Origin: a bacterium
GTDB lineage: Bacteria; Patescibacteriota; Saccharimonadia; Saccharimonadales; JACDBH01
Direction: 5' to 3'
Assembly: GCA_029557395.1 (NCBI GenBank)
Contig: JAKQIK010000045.1
Coordinates: 1 to 52,649 of the forward strand
Length of the DNA stretch: 52,649 bases
Shown here: positions 1-8,880 of the stretch, piece after piece
How positions within the stretch are numbered: the first letter of the stretch is position 1
Layout: every line of letters begins with the position of its first letter
Notes under the pieces: model-generated
Database searches by the model: none
Seen by the model: the letters and a program-made list of their open reading frames with translations, nothing else
What the model was told of the DNA's origin: nothing
Made by a program: the position numbers and the translations under genes

Positions 1-63
1 CAAAGAGTATAAATTTACCGCTTTATAGGCGGTTCTTTATATTTTTAGCCTATTAGATGCCCT

Positions 64-1167
64 TTAGGCTGGTTGACCACCTCTATACTCTTCGCAAATT
101 CGTACTAGGTATCGAAGATTATGAATACTGCAAAGTGTTCCAGCAAGTGGCTCTTTGACCTTAAACTGATGGCGCAAAAAGCCTTTTGAGTATCCTGACT
201 CGCAGGTGTAGCAATCACAGCCTGGATCAATCACACTATTATCATCTATATACTTACTGTTCGTTAAATGTATCTTTTTATCACCAGCAACCCATACAGT
301 CGCATGACGAGCATTACGTGTCGGTAATACGCAATCAAGCATATCTATGCCGTGCTCAATAGCATATCTGATATCTGGTGGATCGCCAACTCCCAGTAGG
401 AATCTTGGTCTTGGTGAATTATCGTAATAATTTGTCAGAAAATTGAGTATATCGTACATTTCGGCCTTAGTTTCACCAACTGACAAGCCTCCAATAGCAA
501 TACCACCAACGTTACTCGACTGAACAATTTCCAAACTTTTACGCCTCAATTCTTTGTCTAATCCGCCCTGTACAACCCCGAATAATATCGGTTTTTGTTC
601 TTCGGGCATGTCTACTGTAAGCCTCTCGAACTCCTTGATACAACGTTCTAACCAACGATGTGTCCTTTCGTATGCTTCTAGCACATCTTTTCTAGATTTA
701 TTATCTAAACCTGTCAAATGATCAAAAGCCACAATCATATCCGACCCTAGTTCTAGCTGAATCTGAATGGATTTCTCTGGGGTAATTAATCGCATTTCTC
801 CTGTCACCGGATGTTTAAATTCAACCCCTTCTTCTGTTATCTTACGTAATTTACTAAGGCTAAAAATTTGAAAACCCCCAGAATCAGTTAAAATTGGACC
901 ACGCCATTTACCGAACCCATGTACACCGCCAAGAGCACTGACTACCTGTTCGCCCGGCTGTAAATGCAAATGATATGTATTAGCTAATACTACCTGTACT
1001 CCGGTAGATTCTACTTGTTCGGGAGTTAAGCTCTTGACCACTCCTCTGGTACCATCAGGCATAAATATCGGTGTCATGACCCGCCCTACCCGTGTTTGTA
1101 GTATCGCCGAACGACTTCCATCATCAGCTGGCTTTATACCCTTAAAAAATGTGTTTTTTACATCCAT
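64..1167 (-). CDS. tgt: tRNA-guanine transglycosylase (queuine tRNA-ribosyltransferase)
   Basis: Motifs TPIFMP, LANTYHL, TDSGGFQIFSL, GVVQGG, GGLSVGE, DCVLPTRNAR and the Zn site CDCYTC..H. Start moved to ATG 1167 (MDVKN), which follows TGTTATAAT; the ORF track's extension to 1389 is probably not translated. Confidence 0.95.
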   Translation of the reverse strand: MDVKNTFFKGIKPADDGSRSAILQTRVGRVMTPIFMPDGTRGVVKSLTPEQVESTGVQVVLANTYHLHLQPGEQVVSALGGVHGFGKWRGPILTDSGGFQIFSLSKLRKITEEGVEFKHPVTGEMRLITPEKSIQIQLELGSDMIVAFDHLTGLDNKSRKDVLEAYERTHRWLERCIKEFERLTVDMPEEQKPILFGVVQGGLDKELRRKSLEIVQSSNVGGIAIGGLSVGETKAEMYDILNFLTNYYDNSPRPRFLLGVGDPPDIRYAIEHGIDMLDCVLPTRNARHATVWVAGDKKIHLTNSKYIDDNSVIDPGCDCYTCESGYSKGFLRHQFKVKEPLAGTLCSIHNLRYLVRICEEYRGGQPA

Positions 1168-1192
1168 AACAGAGGTAATTATAACACAATCA

Positions 1193-1221
1193 TTGACATA
1201 TTTATATGAATATGTTAACAT
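1193..1221 (+). promoter_or_regulatory. sigma70-type promoter TTGACA-N17-TAACAT with TG extension
   Basis: TTGACA at 1193-1198, TG at 1213-1214, TAACAT at 1216-1221. Confidence 0.65.
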
Positions 1222-1245
1222 AAGCGAGTTAATCGAGGAGATTTG

Positions 1246-1365
1246 GTGAGTAAAACTCAGCCAACCACGCTTGACGGCTTTAAATTGTTCTACGAGGAAC
1301 TCATAAATATAAAGCCCGCCAAGCAACGTTTGCGCCGGCCAAAAGCTAGTGTAATCGTTAATTAA
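1246..1365 (+). CDS. putative 39-aa small protein MSKTQPTTLDGFKLFYEELINIKPAKQRLRRPKASVIVN (not in ORF track)
   Basis: GAGGAG Shine-Dalgarno 5 nt before GTG 1246, open frame to TAA 1363-1365, with promoter upstream and terminator downstream. Confidence 0.5.
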   Translation: MSKTQPTTLDGFKLFYEELINIKPAKQRLRRPKASVIVN

Positions 1366-1415
1366 CAATCCAGTACTACGTGGCAACACTTAGCAACTGG
1401 GACAGAGGTGGATTA

Positions 1416-1453
1416 TAAAAACCTTCAGGTCAAACCCTGAAGGTTTTTCTTTT
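1416..1453 (+). terminator. intrinsic terminator, possibly bidirectional
   Basis: AAAAACCTTCAGG-tcaaac-CCTGAAGGTTTTT perfect stem followed by a T tract. Confidence 0.85.
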
Positions 1454-1508
1454 CCCCAGAAATATATATAGTTATCCACTAGCTTTTTTAACAGCGTTAT
1501 GTCAATAT

Positions 1509-1934
1509 ATGGACATGAAATGTATTTATTGTCATTCAAAAACCCAAGTAACAAACTCGCGGTCCAAAACCTTGGATTCGTCTGTCTGGCGTCGCAGACA
1601 ATGTACGACCTGCCAAGCAGAGTTTAGCAGTATCGAATTACCCGACTATTCAAAAAGTTTAGTAGTCAAATCTACGTCCGGTAAACTATTTGCCTTTTCC
1701 AGAGATAAACTCTTTCTTAGCCTGCATAAAGCACTGGGTCATAGACAAGATGTACTAAATAGCGCCAGTGCTATCTGCGACACCGTGGTAGCGAAGTTAA
1801 TTAGACAAAATGACCAGGAAAAAGGCTTAATAAAAGCATCGTCACTTGCACGTACAGCCCATGAAACACTCAAGCGATTTGATAGCTTGGCGGCAAGCAC
1901 TTATAAAGCCTACCACCGTCATTACATCAACTAG
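1509..1934 (+). CDS. nrdR: transcriptional repressor NrdR (Zn ribbon + ATP cone)
   Basis: MKCIYC...NSR...VWRRRQCTTC...FSSIE, then the ATP-cone start VVKSTSGKLFAFSRDKL. Start could be 1515. Confidence 0.9.
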   Translation: MDMKCIYCHSKTQVTNSRSKTLDSSVWRRRQCTTCQAEFSSIELPDYSKSLVVKSTSGKLFAFSRDKLFLSLHKALGHRQDVLNSASAICDTVVAKLIRQNDQEKGLIKASSLARTAHETLKRFDSLAASTYKAYHRHYIN

Positions 1935-1941
1935 AATAACC

Positions 1942-2610
1942 CTAGATAAGTGTCGACCAGTAATACCAAAACTTGATCAAAATAGTCAAAACAATCACCA
2001 AGTACCAACCAATCAGTATATTGGCATGATTTGATTGCAAGAACCTAACCAAAGAATCATACTTTTTGCTAATTTTTATGTTTTTCTCACGCAGATTATA
2101 CAGTGTTGTGTATAGGAAAATCGGTATTGTAACTGTCCAAACAACCATACACCAAGGACAAAGTGCCTCAATTACAAAGATACTCTGAAACTGCAACCAA
2201 GTAATGAATAGGACGCCGAACAATGTTCCTGCCTGTAAGCCCAGCCAAAACCAAAGCCTGAATGAAGCGCCAGCGAGTAGAGCCATTCCGACCGTCACAA
2301 CAATAGCAAAACCAGCCACACCGATAAATGGATTGGGAAATCCAAAAGCCGATGCTTGCGGGGTTATCATGACAGAGCCACAGCTAAGAAGTGGGCTGAT
2401 ATTACAACTTGGCTGATAGGCTGGGTTTATCAAAATCTCTACTTTTTCAATTGATAAATCGGCAGAAGCAATAAACCCGATCATACCTAAAATTACCAGA
2501 AGTAGCCCAATAATTTCGGGAAGGGTACGTTTCATGAAAGGCTTTCTGTTTTTGACCTTTTTCTTAGCTGTTTGATTTATTCCCATATATTGCCAAATGT
2601 ACTTAATCAT
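1942..2610 (-). CDS. vitamin K epoxide reductase (VKOR) family disulfide-formation protein
   Basis: Loop cysteines CNISPLLSC, FGFPN motif, active-site CPWC, several TM helices. True start may be a downstream Met. Confidence 0.9.
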   Translation of the reverse strand: MIKYIWQYMGINQTAKKKVKNRKPFMKRTLPEIIGLLLVILGMIGFIASADLSIEKVEILINPAYQPSCNISPLLSCGSVMITPQASAFGFPNPFIGVAGFAIVVTVGMALLAGASFRLWFWLGLQAGTLFGVLFITWLQFQSIFVIEALCPWCMVVWTVTIPIFLYTTLYNLREKNIKISKKYDSLVRFLQSNHANILIGWYLVIVLTILIKFWYYWSTLI

Positions 2611-2614
2611 AGAT

Positions 2615-4204
2615 TTATTTCTTGACAGCCTTTTCTGTTACATCAAATTTACCCATATATTTACCAATCATCAGACGGGTCTGAGAATAGAGAGCTGCCG
2701 CAGAGTTATAGAGAAGTGTCGTGATAGGAAGCAAAACCCATTGCACAACCATAAATATATTTCTGTGTTTTTTGTAACGCTCTGGCCTAGGCGGAAGAAA
2801 CTTCAAACTTAGTAGCAAGCTTACAAAAAGCCCAGACAAAGCTATGGTTTGTATCGTGCTAGCCATCCTTGGTAACTGATTTGCTACAAAATTATCAGGC
2901 TTTATAACAGCGGGAATTAGTGGTGCCACTAAAATAGTTAGGGAGGCAGTAGCCCATGAAACATGACCATCAATCAATCTGGCTAGCTTCATGAAGAAAT
3001 CTATCCTTGGGACTTTACTGCCCTTTGCAAAACCCTTTGAAGCAACATAGGCCACATCACTAGCGCCCCAAGCCCAACGTTGCAATTGCTTAAATTGAGC
3101 TTTTAGAGTCCGTCTGTAATTATCTGCCAAAACTGCATCTTGGTATATTGGAGTAAAGATTGGATAAACTTCGTGTTTACCATCAAATCTAAAATACGTT
3201 CTCCAAAATTGATGACCATCCTCAACTATTGTCCTGACACTCCAAAAATCAGTATCGATGAGCGCGGCCATGCTCTGAGCATGAGAACTAAAATTCCTCA
3301 GCATATGTGGTCTCAAACTTAAAACAATATTCCAAAATGAATTACCTGTAGCTATGACCCTCATTGGTGCTGGAGCGTCCCAAATATTATTAGTAAATAT
3401 CGGGATTGGCTGATAAGACACATATCTGGGATCCTCTGTGCTACAAAATGTATAAGTCAACGCAGAAAGATACCACTGGTGTGGCCTATTGTCTGCATCT
3501 AACGTAGTAACGACTACTTTTTCTGGGTTAATTTTGGATTTTTCAAGATATTTTTGTAACTCCCTACCAGCAAAAGTAATATTTCCACCCTTGCCTATCA
3601 CCTCTCCAGGTATGTTGTCGGGATGTTTGATAGCAAAAGCGTGCTTAAAATTACTCTTGTACTCTTTGATGAGGTCGTTGGCCTGATATTCAACTTGAGA
3701 CCCACCTCTTTCTTCATAAGCTAACACTAGAATCACTTTTTTCATGTCATATTTTGACGCTAGGACAGATTGGATTGTAGGCTCTAGGATATCTCTGCTC
3801 TCGTTATATGTTGCGATAATAATAGCGTGATAAACCTCGCTTGGCTGACAAAATACCGGGTATTCTACAAGTCTGCCTACATTCCTGATGTGCCATTTTG
3901 GATTTTTGCCATGCGGATGTGTAAGTTTGCCAGCTTCTAGGTCATCAACCAGTAATTGCCAGTTGAGCGCTTGTTGTCTGGATAACATTCGATATCCCTG
4001 GATAGACCTTATACTCATTACAATGCCTTTAAAAAACCAGACTAGCAAGAAGGCAAGGATAAATACGGCAAACAAGTTCGGATTAAAAATACTAAATGCA
4101 ATCGGGGCTATTAATACGCTCCAACTAATGGCTCCTGGTAAGATCTCCCAGAGTCTATATTTCCAACTTCTATCTTTTTCGTATGGAATCTCTATATTCG
4201 TCAT
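2615..4204 (-). CDS. membrane glycosyltransferase family 2
   Basis: IIATYNE, GKGGN, LDAD, VEDG and QLQRW (QxxRW) motifs, flanked by TM helices. Confidence 0.88.
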   Translation of the reverse strand: MTNIEIPYEKDRSWKYRLWEILPGAISWSVLIAPIAFSIFNPNLFAVFILAFLLVWFFKGIVMSIRSIQGYRMLSRQQALNWQLLVDDLEAGKLTHPHGKNPKWHIRNVGRLVEYPVFCQPSEVYHAIIIATYNESRDILEPTIQSVLASKYDMKKVILVLAYEERGGSQVEYQANDLIKEYKSNFKHAFAIKHPDNIPGEVIGKGGNITFAGRELQKYLEKSKINPEKVVVTTLDADNRPHQWYLSALTYTFCSTEDPRYVSYQPIPIFTNNIWDAPAPMRVIATGNSFWNIVLSLRPHMLRNFSSHAQSMAALIDTDFWSVRTIVEDGHQFWRTYFRFDGKHEVYPIFTPIYQDAVLADNYRRTLKAQFKQLQRWAWGASDVAYVASKGFAKGSKVPRIDFFMKLARLIDGHVSWATASLTILVAPLIPAVIKPDNFVANQLPRMASTIQTIALSGLFVSLLLSLKFLPPRPERYKKHRNIFMVVQWVLLPITTLLYNSAAALYSQTRLMIGKYMGKFDVTEKAVKK

Positions 4205-4557
4205 CTCAATACCATTAGAGCATTACTGACTATTATAGTAAGTAGATTAGTCAAACTACAGACTGCAAGAATAATGACGGATACATTTTTTCTGATAATA
4301 AATGTCTTCAGGCTAAGCATTGTTGAAATAGTAAAATTCAAGATGAGAAATAATACAAATCCAGCCATGTCCAAACCAAATCCCCTCTGATACTCACCAA
4401 TTCCATAGTCTGCCCTATATTCTATGATGTAGTTAGTAGTAGTACCAGAATCTAACCTAAAAAGTATCAAAACCGCACCGGCTATGACCAAGAAAATGTT
4501 GATTATTAGTAATAATAATATAGCCTTGTTGTGAAAATATTTATTTGGAATTGTCAT
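4201..4557 (-). CDS. hypothetical membrane protein (3 TM)
   Basis: Three hydrophobic segments; ATGA overlap with the GT2 gene. Confidence 0.75.
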   Translation of the reverse strand: MTIPNKYFHNKAILLLLIINIFLVIAGAVLILFRLDSGTTTNYIIEYRADYGIGEYQRGFGLDMAGFVLFLILNFTISTMLSLKTFIIRKNVSVIILAVCSLTNLLTIIVSNALMVLR

Positions 4558-4645
4558 AATAAGCTAGACTAATTATACACCTAAAACAGTAGTATAAACA
4601 ATCCATACTAGTAGATCGCTCTCTGTTCTGACTGGATAAATTGCT

Positions 4646-4881
4646 CAAACAAAAACCCCCAGGCTATGCCTTGGGGGCCTTTGTTTGGCGCGCCGGGGCC
4701 GGATAGCGGGCTTCGCCCTTCTTCGCTCAGGTGAAAAGAAAATGCCTATCGGCGCTTTCTTTTCTTACTTCGCTACGCCGAACCGGCCGTTCGCTTTGCT
4801 CACTCTTCGCCGGTTCAAATCACTGGAGCACACCAAACAAAAACCCCCAGGCTATGCCTTGGGGGCCTTTGTTTGGCGCGC
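4646..4881. repeat. 48-bp perfect direct repeat (4646-4693 = 4834-4881) of the tRNA-Asp 3' end plus terminator hairpin, enclosing degenerate tRNA T-arm copies
   Basis: CAAACAAAAACCCCCAGGCTATGCCTTGGGGGCCTTTGTTTGGCGCGC occurs twice, 188 bp apart. Confidence 0.9.
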
Positions 4882-4950
4882 TCGACCGGATTCGAACCGG
4901 CGATCTCCTCCGTGACAGGGAGGCATGTTAGGCCTCTACACCACGAGCGC
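4874..4950 (-). tRNA. tRNA-Asp(GTC)
   Basis: GCGCTCG acceptor, CCTCC-CT-GTC-AC-GGAGG anticodon arm, GGTTCGAATCC T-loop, encoded CCA. Confidence 0.97.
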
Positions 4951-5022
4951 AAGATAATCCAACCCAGTTATTTTAGCAATTATTTACTTATTTTTCAACT
5001 ATCAGCACTCATGTGTTAACCC

Positions 5023-5056
5023 ATGGAGCCGAAGATGGGACTGTGGGCCCACGACC
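5023..5056 (-). repeat. degenerate duplicate of the tRNA-Thr 3' end (att-like scar)
   Basis: ATGGAGCCGAAGATGGGACT at 5023-5042 is identical to 5202-5221; CCCACGACC follows with an altered T-loop. Confidence 0.85.
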
Positions 5057-5202
5057 CGAAAACCACCAGTGGTGGTTTGAGTTCACGAGAAATAAGCCTT
5101 TCTGATTGAATAGTAAGCTGATATACACACGGTTTATCAAGATGAATAGTGATGAGGTCGTGCTTTTTGTAAGCCATAACAACACACAAAACTAGAACAT
5201 TA

Positions 5203-5278
5203 TGGAGCCGAAGATGGGACTCGAACCCACGACCTGCTCGTTACGAATGAGCTGCTCTACCAGCTGAGCTACTTCGGC
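5203..5278 (-). tRNA. tRNA-Thr(CGT)
   Basis: GCCGAAG acceptor, TAGCTCAGCTGGTAGAGC D-arm, TT-CGT-AA anticodon loop, GGTTCGAGTCC, CCA. Confidence 0.96.
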
Positions 5279-5316
5279 ACTAATAGAAACTACCTGAGAT
5301 TATACACCACAAAAGG

Positions 5317-6459
5317 CTACCTACTGGGCCCTGGGTCTACCGGACCTTGCCCTGGTACTGTCAATTCTTGTCCAGATTGTACCTCTGGAATATCAATCAG
5401 CTTCTTTAGCGAGCTTTTTTGTTTTTGTTCATCAATGTAATGTTTGATATCTTTGAGATTAATCTGAATATGTGCTGCCCTGGCCTTACCGTTTTCAATA
5501 CTCAAGGTTTTAACGATTTCTAGGGTATAATCTGCATTAATAATATTAGAATACTGGCCTACCTGTTGAGCAAAAACTATTTCTGTTACCTTGGCTGACA
5601 ACTCCTTGCTTGAAGTTGTTATTTCGGTTGCGTATTCACCACCGTTAGCCTTGGTGGATTCATCATCTGAGAATTCACTAGCCACTACTGCAAAATCGGC
5701 ACCTGATTTTAGCTTATCAAGGGCAGAATTAGCCTTTGCATGAGCCTCAGTGTCAAGCTTATCGACAACCTTCCTAGCTAATACTTGTTGCTTATAGGCT
5801 CGCCTAAAGTCATTCAAAGACCAACCCCAATAGTCTCGAAGGACATCTTCTAGCATTTTCTTATCCGAGCCAAGTCTATCTTGCTTAGATATCAAATCCA
5901 ATCCTTTCTCTAATTCTTCAGCAGATACAGATACGTCATTTTTTTCGGCCAGAGACTTAACATACGCATCGTTTATTACTTGATCAAGTGATTGCTTCTT
6001 TAGTTCTTTTAGTTGCTCTTGGCCCTCACTGGTAGAAAAATTTACCTTTTGCTGATTTTCGTAATAATGGATGTTGCGCCTTAGCTCAAACAAATAATTT
6101 TCATAAGATACAAACCTACCATCTACTCTAGCTACTGGAAAAGGTACAATCTGCGTAACTCTATAAGTAAACGTGGATGTACTCTGAAACTTATATAGGC
6201 TTAGGAGTGAATAAACAATGAACAGGACTAATGTTAGTAAAAATATTGATATTGATAACCAAACTATCTTATGTTTTGAGTGTTGTAATGGATAGATATA
6301 CTTACGAGCACCGGCCAGCACTTCTTCTCTATGCTCTGCAACTGTCTCATTGGTTATGTATGGCAACTTGGTAGAGACCGTGGTCTCACTATCTTTTTTC
6401 CTAATCTTGTTGATGGGTTTCTTAACCGAATCTTTAACTTTTGAGAATTTATTCTTCAT
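5317..6459 (-). CDS. SurA/PrsA-like membrane-anchored peptidyl-prolyl isomerase (foldase)
   Basis: TM anchor, PVARVDG SurA-N domain, parvulin-like GADFAVVASEFSDDESTKANGGE. Start placed at MKNKF (6459). Confidence 0.82.
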   Translation of the reverse strand: MKNKFSKVKDSVKKPINKIRKKDSETTVSTKLPYITNETVAEHREEVLAGARKYIYPLQHSKHKIVWLSISIFLLTLVLFIVYSLLSLYKFQSTSTFTYRVTQIVPFPVARVDGRFVSYENYLFELRRNIHYYENQQKVNFSTSEGQEQLKELKKQSLDQVINDAYVKSLAEKNDVSVSAEELEKGLDLISKQDRLGSDKKMLEDVLRDYWGWSLNDFRRAYKQQVLARKVVDKLDTEAHAKANSALDKLKSGADFAVVASEFSDDESTKANGGEYATEITTSSKELSAKVTEIVFAQQVGQYSNIINADYTLEIVKTLSIENGKARAAHIQINLKDIKHYIDEQKQKSSLKKLIDIPEVQSGQELTVPGQGPVDPGPSR

Positions 6460-7057
6460 CTTGTATTCCTTCTTGCTGTGGAGATAAACCAGCACCCATA
6501 CTATGGCCAAGATCTCTCAGTAAATGTAGAAGTTTCTTTTGGATCTTAGCTGGGTGATGGACATGACTAATGGTCAGACTCCCCACATAAGTTTGTACAA
6601 CTATTGTACCAAATCCTAGCAGAGTCTGCTCAATTCCATCAATTTCATAATTAACCATTTGAATTTGATCAACACCGATAGCCACCATACTTCGCTTGAA
6701 CAAGCCTTTTTGGGTAATTTGTATCATACGCTGATCCGTAAAAATATAAACACTATAGTTCCAGCTAATCCACCAAGGTAACATAATCAACAGCCCTAAT
6801 AAAAATCCTATTGCTAGCGCTATATAAAAAGTCATAACGGTCGGTAGTTTTTCGGGGTTATTTGCATAAACAAAATTCATACCCACTACTACGAGCATTG
6901 GTATCAGTAGTCCAACACAAGCAAATACGAGCCCCCTACGCATAACAACTGGGTGTTTGCGAAACACTAATAGCACAACCTCGTCATCAAATTGCTCTTT
7001 GAAATACCTAATCGGCATATCATCACCAATATCTTCAGTTCCATTAGCCAAAAACAA
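6449..7057 (-). CDS. membrane protein with bacterial PH domain
   Basis: Two TM helices, then YIFTDQRMIQITQKGLF...LLGFGTIVVQT. Confidence 0.8.
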   Translation of the reverse strand: MFLANGTEDIGDDMPIRYFKEQFDDEVVLLVFRKHPVVMRRGLVFACVGLLIPMLVVVGMNFVYANNPEKLPTVMTFYIALAIGFLLGLLIMLPWWISWNYSVYIFTDQRMIQITQKGLFKRSMVAIGVDQIQMVNYEIDGIEQTLLGFGTIVVQTYVGSLTISHVHHPAKIQKKLLHLLRDLGHSMGAGLSPQQEGIQDEE

Positions 7058-7115
7058 TATTGTACCAGACTTATCCAGTCATTTTGCTCATTGGTTACAC
7101 CAACAAGTATAAATC

Positions 7116-7190
7116 TGGTGCCCCCGCCAGGATTCGAACCTGGAGCTTCTCTTTAGGAGAGAGATGTTTTATCCCTTGAACTACAGGGGC
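7116..7190 (-). tRNA. tRNA-Arg(CCT)
   Basis: GCCCCTG acceptor, TCTCT-CT-CCT-AA-AGAGA anticodon arm, GGTTCGAATCC, CCA. Confidence 0.96.
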
Positions 7191-7277
7191 ATCTGTAATC
7201 AGGATATATACTAACATAGACAGCTGGTTTGTCTAAGTCAAAACAGATAGATAGTATCTTTGAGCGTAGACGATAGG

Positions 7278-7793
7278 CTATTTAGATTTGCGATGCTTGG
7301 CCTGAGTATAGACTTCAAAAACAGTTTCGTAATCAAAAATTTCGCTATCGCTAAACCAGTGATCGATTTCTCGTTGTGCCTCTTCTGGATCGCCTGATGC
7401 ATGGATAATATTCGGTATGCCAATACCCTCTTTGTCTGCATGCCCAAAGCTAATATGAGCATAGTCACCTCGTATAGTCCCTGGCTGTGCAGACTTTGGC
7501 TCTGTAGTACCAACCATCTTGCGCACTAAAGCAACTGCTTCAACACCCTCGAGCACAAAGGCTATCACTGGCCCTTCTTGCATCATCCTAAGAGTTATCT
7601 CAAACTTATCCTGGCCGCGTCGCGACACCATTTTGCCAATGTTCTCATAATGTTCAAAATAGTGGTCTGATGTTGGTTGAAACATCCGAGAAGCGACGAT
7701 TTTTAAGCCTACTCTTTCAAATCTTGTTAGTATCTCGCCAACGATACCACGCTTTACAGCGTCTGGCTTCAATATTATTAGCGTACGTTCCAT
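7278..7793 (-). CDS. ndk: nucleoside diphosphate kinase
   Basis: MERTLIILKPDAV, PGTIRGD, NIIHASG active-site His. Confidence 0.96.
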   Translation of the reverse strand: MERTLIILKPDAVKRGIVGEILTRFERVGLKIVASRMFQPTSDHYFEHYENIGKMVSRRGQDKFEITLRMMQEGPVIAFVLEGVEAVALVRKMVGTTEPKSAQPGTIRGDYAHISFGHADKEGIGIPNIIHASGDPEEAQREIDHWFSDSEIFDYETVFEVYTQAKHRKSK

Positions 7794-7932
7794 AAATTCC
7801 TTCTTATTAATTTTTACTTAATAAATAATATACCAGAATACTGTTACTAAAGACAGCATATAGAAGTTTTGTATAAAATATTTATTCAATTTTACCTCTG
7901 TTAAAATTTTATACGTGTGTTAAAATACCCTT

Positions 7933-8856
7933 ATGCTAGTATCAAAAATTCGAGTCGACTTCTTGGAATATATGGAGATTGAACAAAATCGATCTCAAAA
8001 AACTATCCAGAATTATGACCATTATCTTACTCGTCTCACTGACTTCGCGGGCGACGACCTAGATGTATCCAATATCAATACGGAATTGGTTAGAAAATGG
8101 CGCTTATGGCTCAATAAACTCGGTACAAATACGTCAGATGAACTACAAAAAAATACACAGAATTATCACCTGATAGCACTGCGTAGTTTTTTGAAATATT
8201 GTTCTAAACGCGATATTCCTACCTTATCAGCTGACAAAATAGAACTTGCCAAATCTAATCGCAAACAAGTAACGTTTCTGGACACAGACGAGCTAGAGAG
8301 GATTTTTAGCCAACCAGATATTAACACATTGGCCGGACTCCGGGATAGGGCTATTTTGGAGTTATTATTTTCTAGCGGTTTGCGAGTCTCTGAACTAGTT
8401 AGCATAGACAAAAGTCATATTAATCTAAAGAGACGAGAATTTATGGTGCGAGGAAAAGGTCAAAAAGACCGGCCTATCTTTATTAGTAAAGATGCATCAA
8501 TATGGATACAAGAATATTTAGACAAAAGAGATGATAACAAACAGCCACTGTTTGTACGTATCGGAAAAACGAGCAAAAGTATCACAACAGATGGTGATTA
8601 TTTTAGACTAACACCTAGGTCTGTCCAAAGGCTTGTCAAAAAATATGCCCTACTCGCTGGTATCACCAAACATGTTAGCCCGCATACATTGAGACATAGT
8701 TTTGCTACAGACCTACTCATGAACGGAGCTGATATCAGATCTGTACAGGCCATGCTCGGACATAGCAACATATCCACCACTCAGATATATACACACATTA
8801 CAGATTCACATCTAAAAGAGTCCTATGAGCAGTTTCATGCTAAAGACCGTCGATAA
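7933..8856 (+). CDS. XerC/XerD-family tyrosine recombinase
   Basis: RDRAILELLFSSGLRVSEL, VRGKGQKDR, PHTLRHSFAT, LGHSNISTTQIYTH. Confidence 0.93.
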   Translation: MLVSKIRVDFLEYMEIEQNRSQKTIQNYDHYLTRLTDFAGDDLDVSNINTELVRKWRLWLNKLGTNTSDELQKNTQNYHLIALRSFLKYCSKRDIPTLSADKIELAKSNRKQVTFLDTDELERIFSQPDINTLAGLRDRAILELLFSSGLRVSELVSIDKSHINLKRREFMVRGKGQKDRPIFISKDASIWIQEYLDKRDDNKQPLFVRIGKTSKSITTDGDYFRLTPRSVQRLVKKYALLAGITKHVSPHTLRHSFATDLLMNGADIRSVQAMLGHSNISTTQIYTHITDSHLKESYEQFHAKDRR

Positions 8857-8880
8857 CACGCTACTTATTTTAACAATAAC

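Noticed and set aside
1168..1389. 74-aa N-terminal extension of Tgt in the ORF track
   Set aside because: No Tgt similarity; it overlaps a promoter, SD and small ORF on the other strand, and a better start exists at 1167.
1459..1480. Possible NrdR box (AAATATATATAGTT) or DnaA box (TTATCCACT) before nrdR
   Set aside because: Only partial matches in AT-rich sequence, single copy.
4646..4881. Possible CRISPR array
   Set aside because: Only two 48-bp copies with a 140-bp interval, derived from the tRNA end and terminator; no cas genes in the window.
4685..4931. Two short + strand ORFs (76 and 66 aa)
   Set aside because: They run antisense across tRNA-Asp and its repeats; spurious.
7933..8856. 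Xer recombinase as the integrase of an island at tRNA-Arg or tRNA-Thr
   Set aside because: Looks like the housekeeping XerC/D; flanked by ndk and pilus genes with no matching att repeat.
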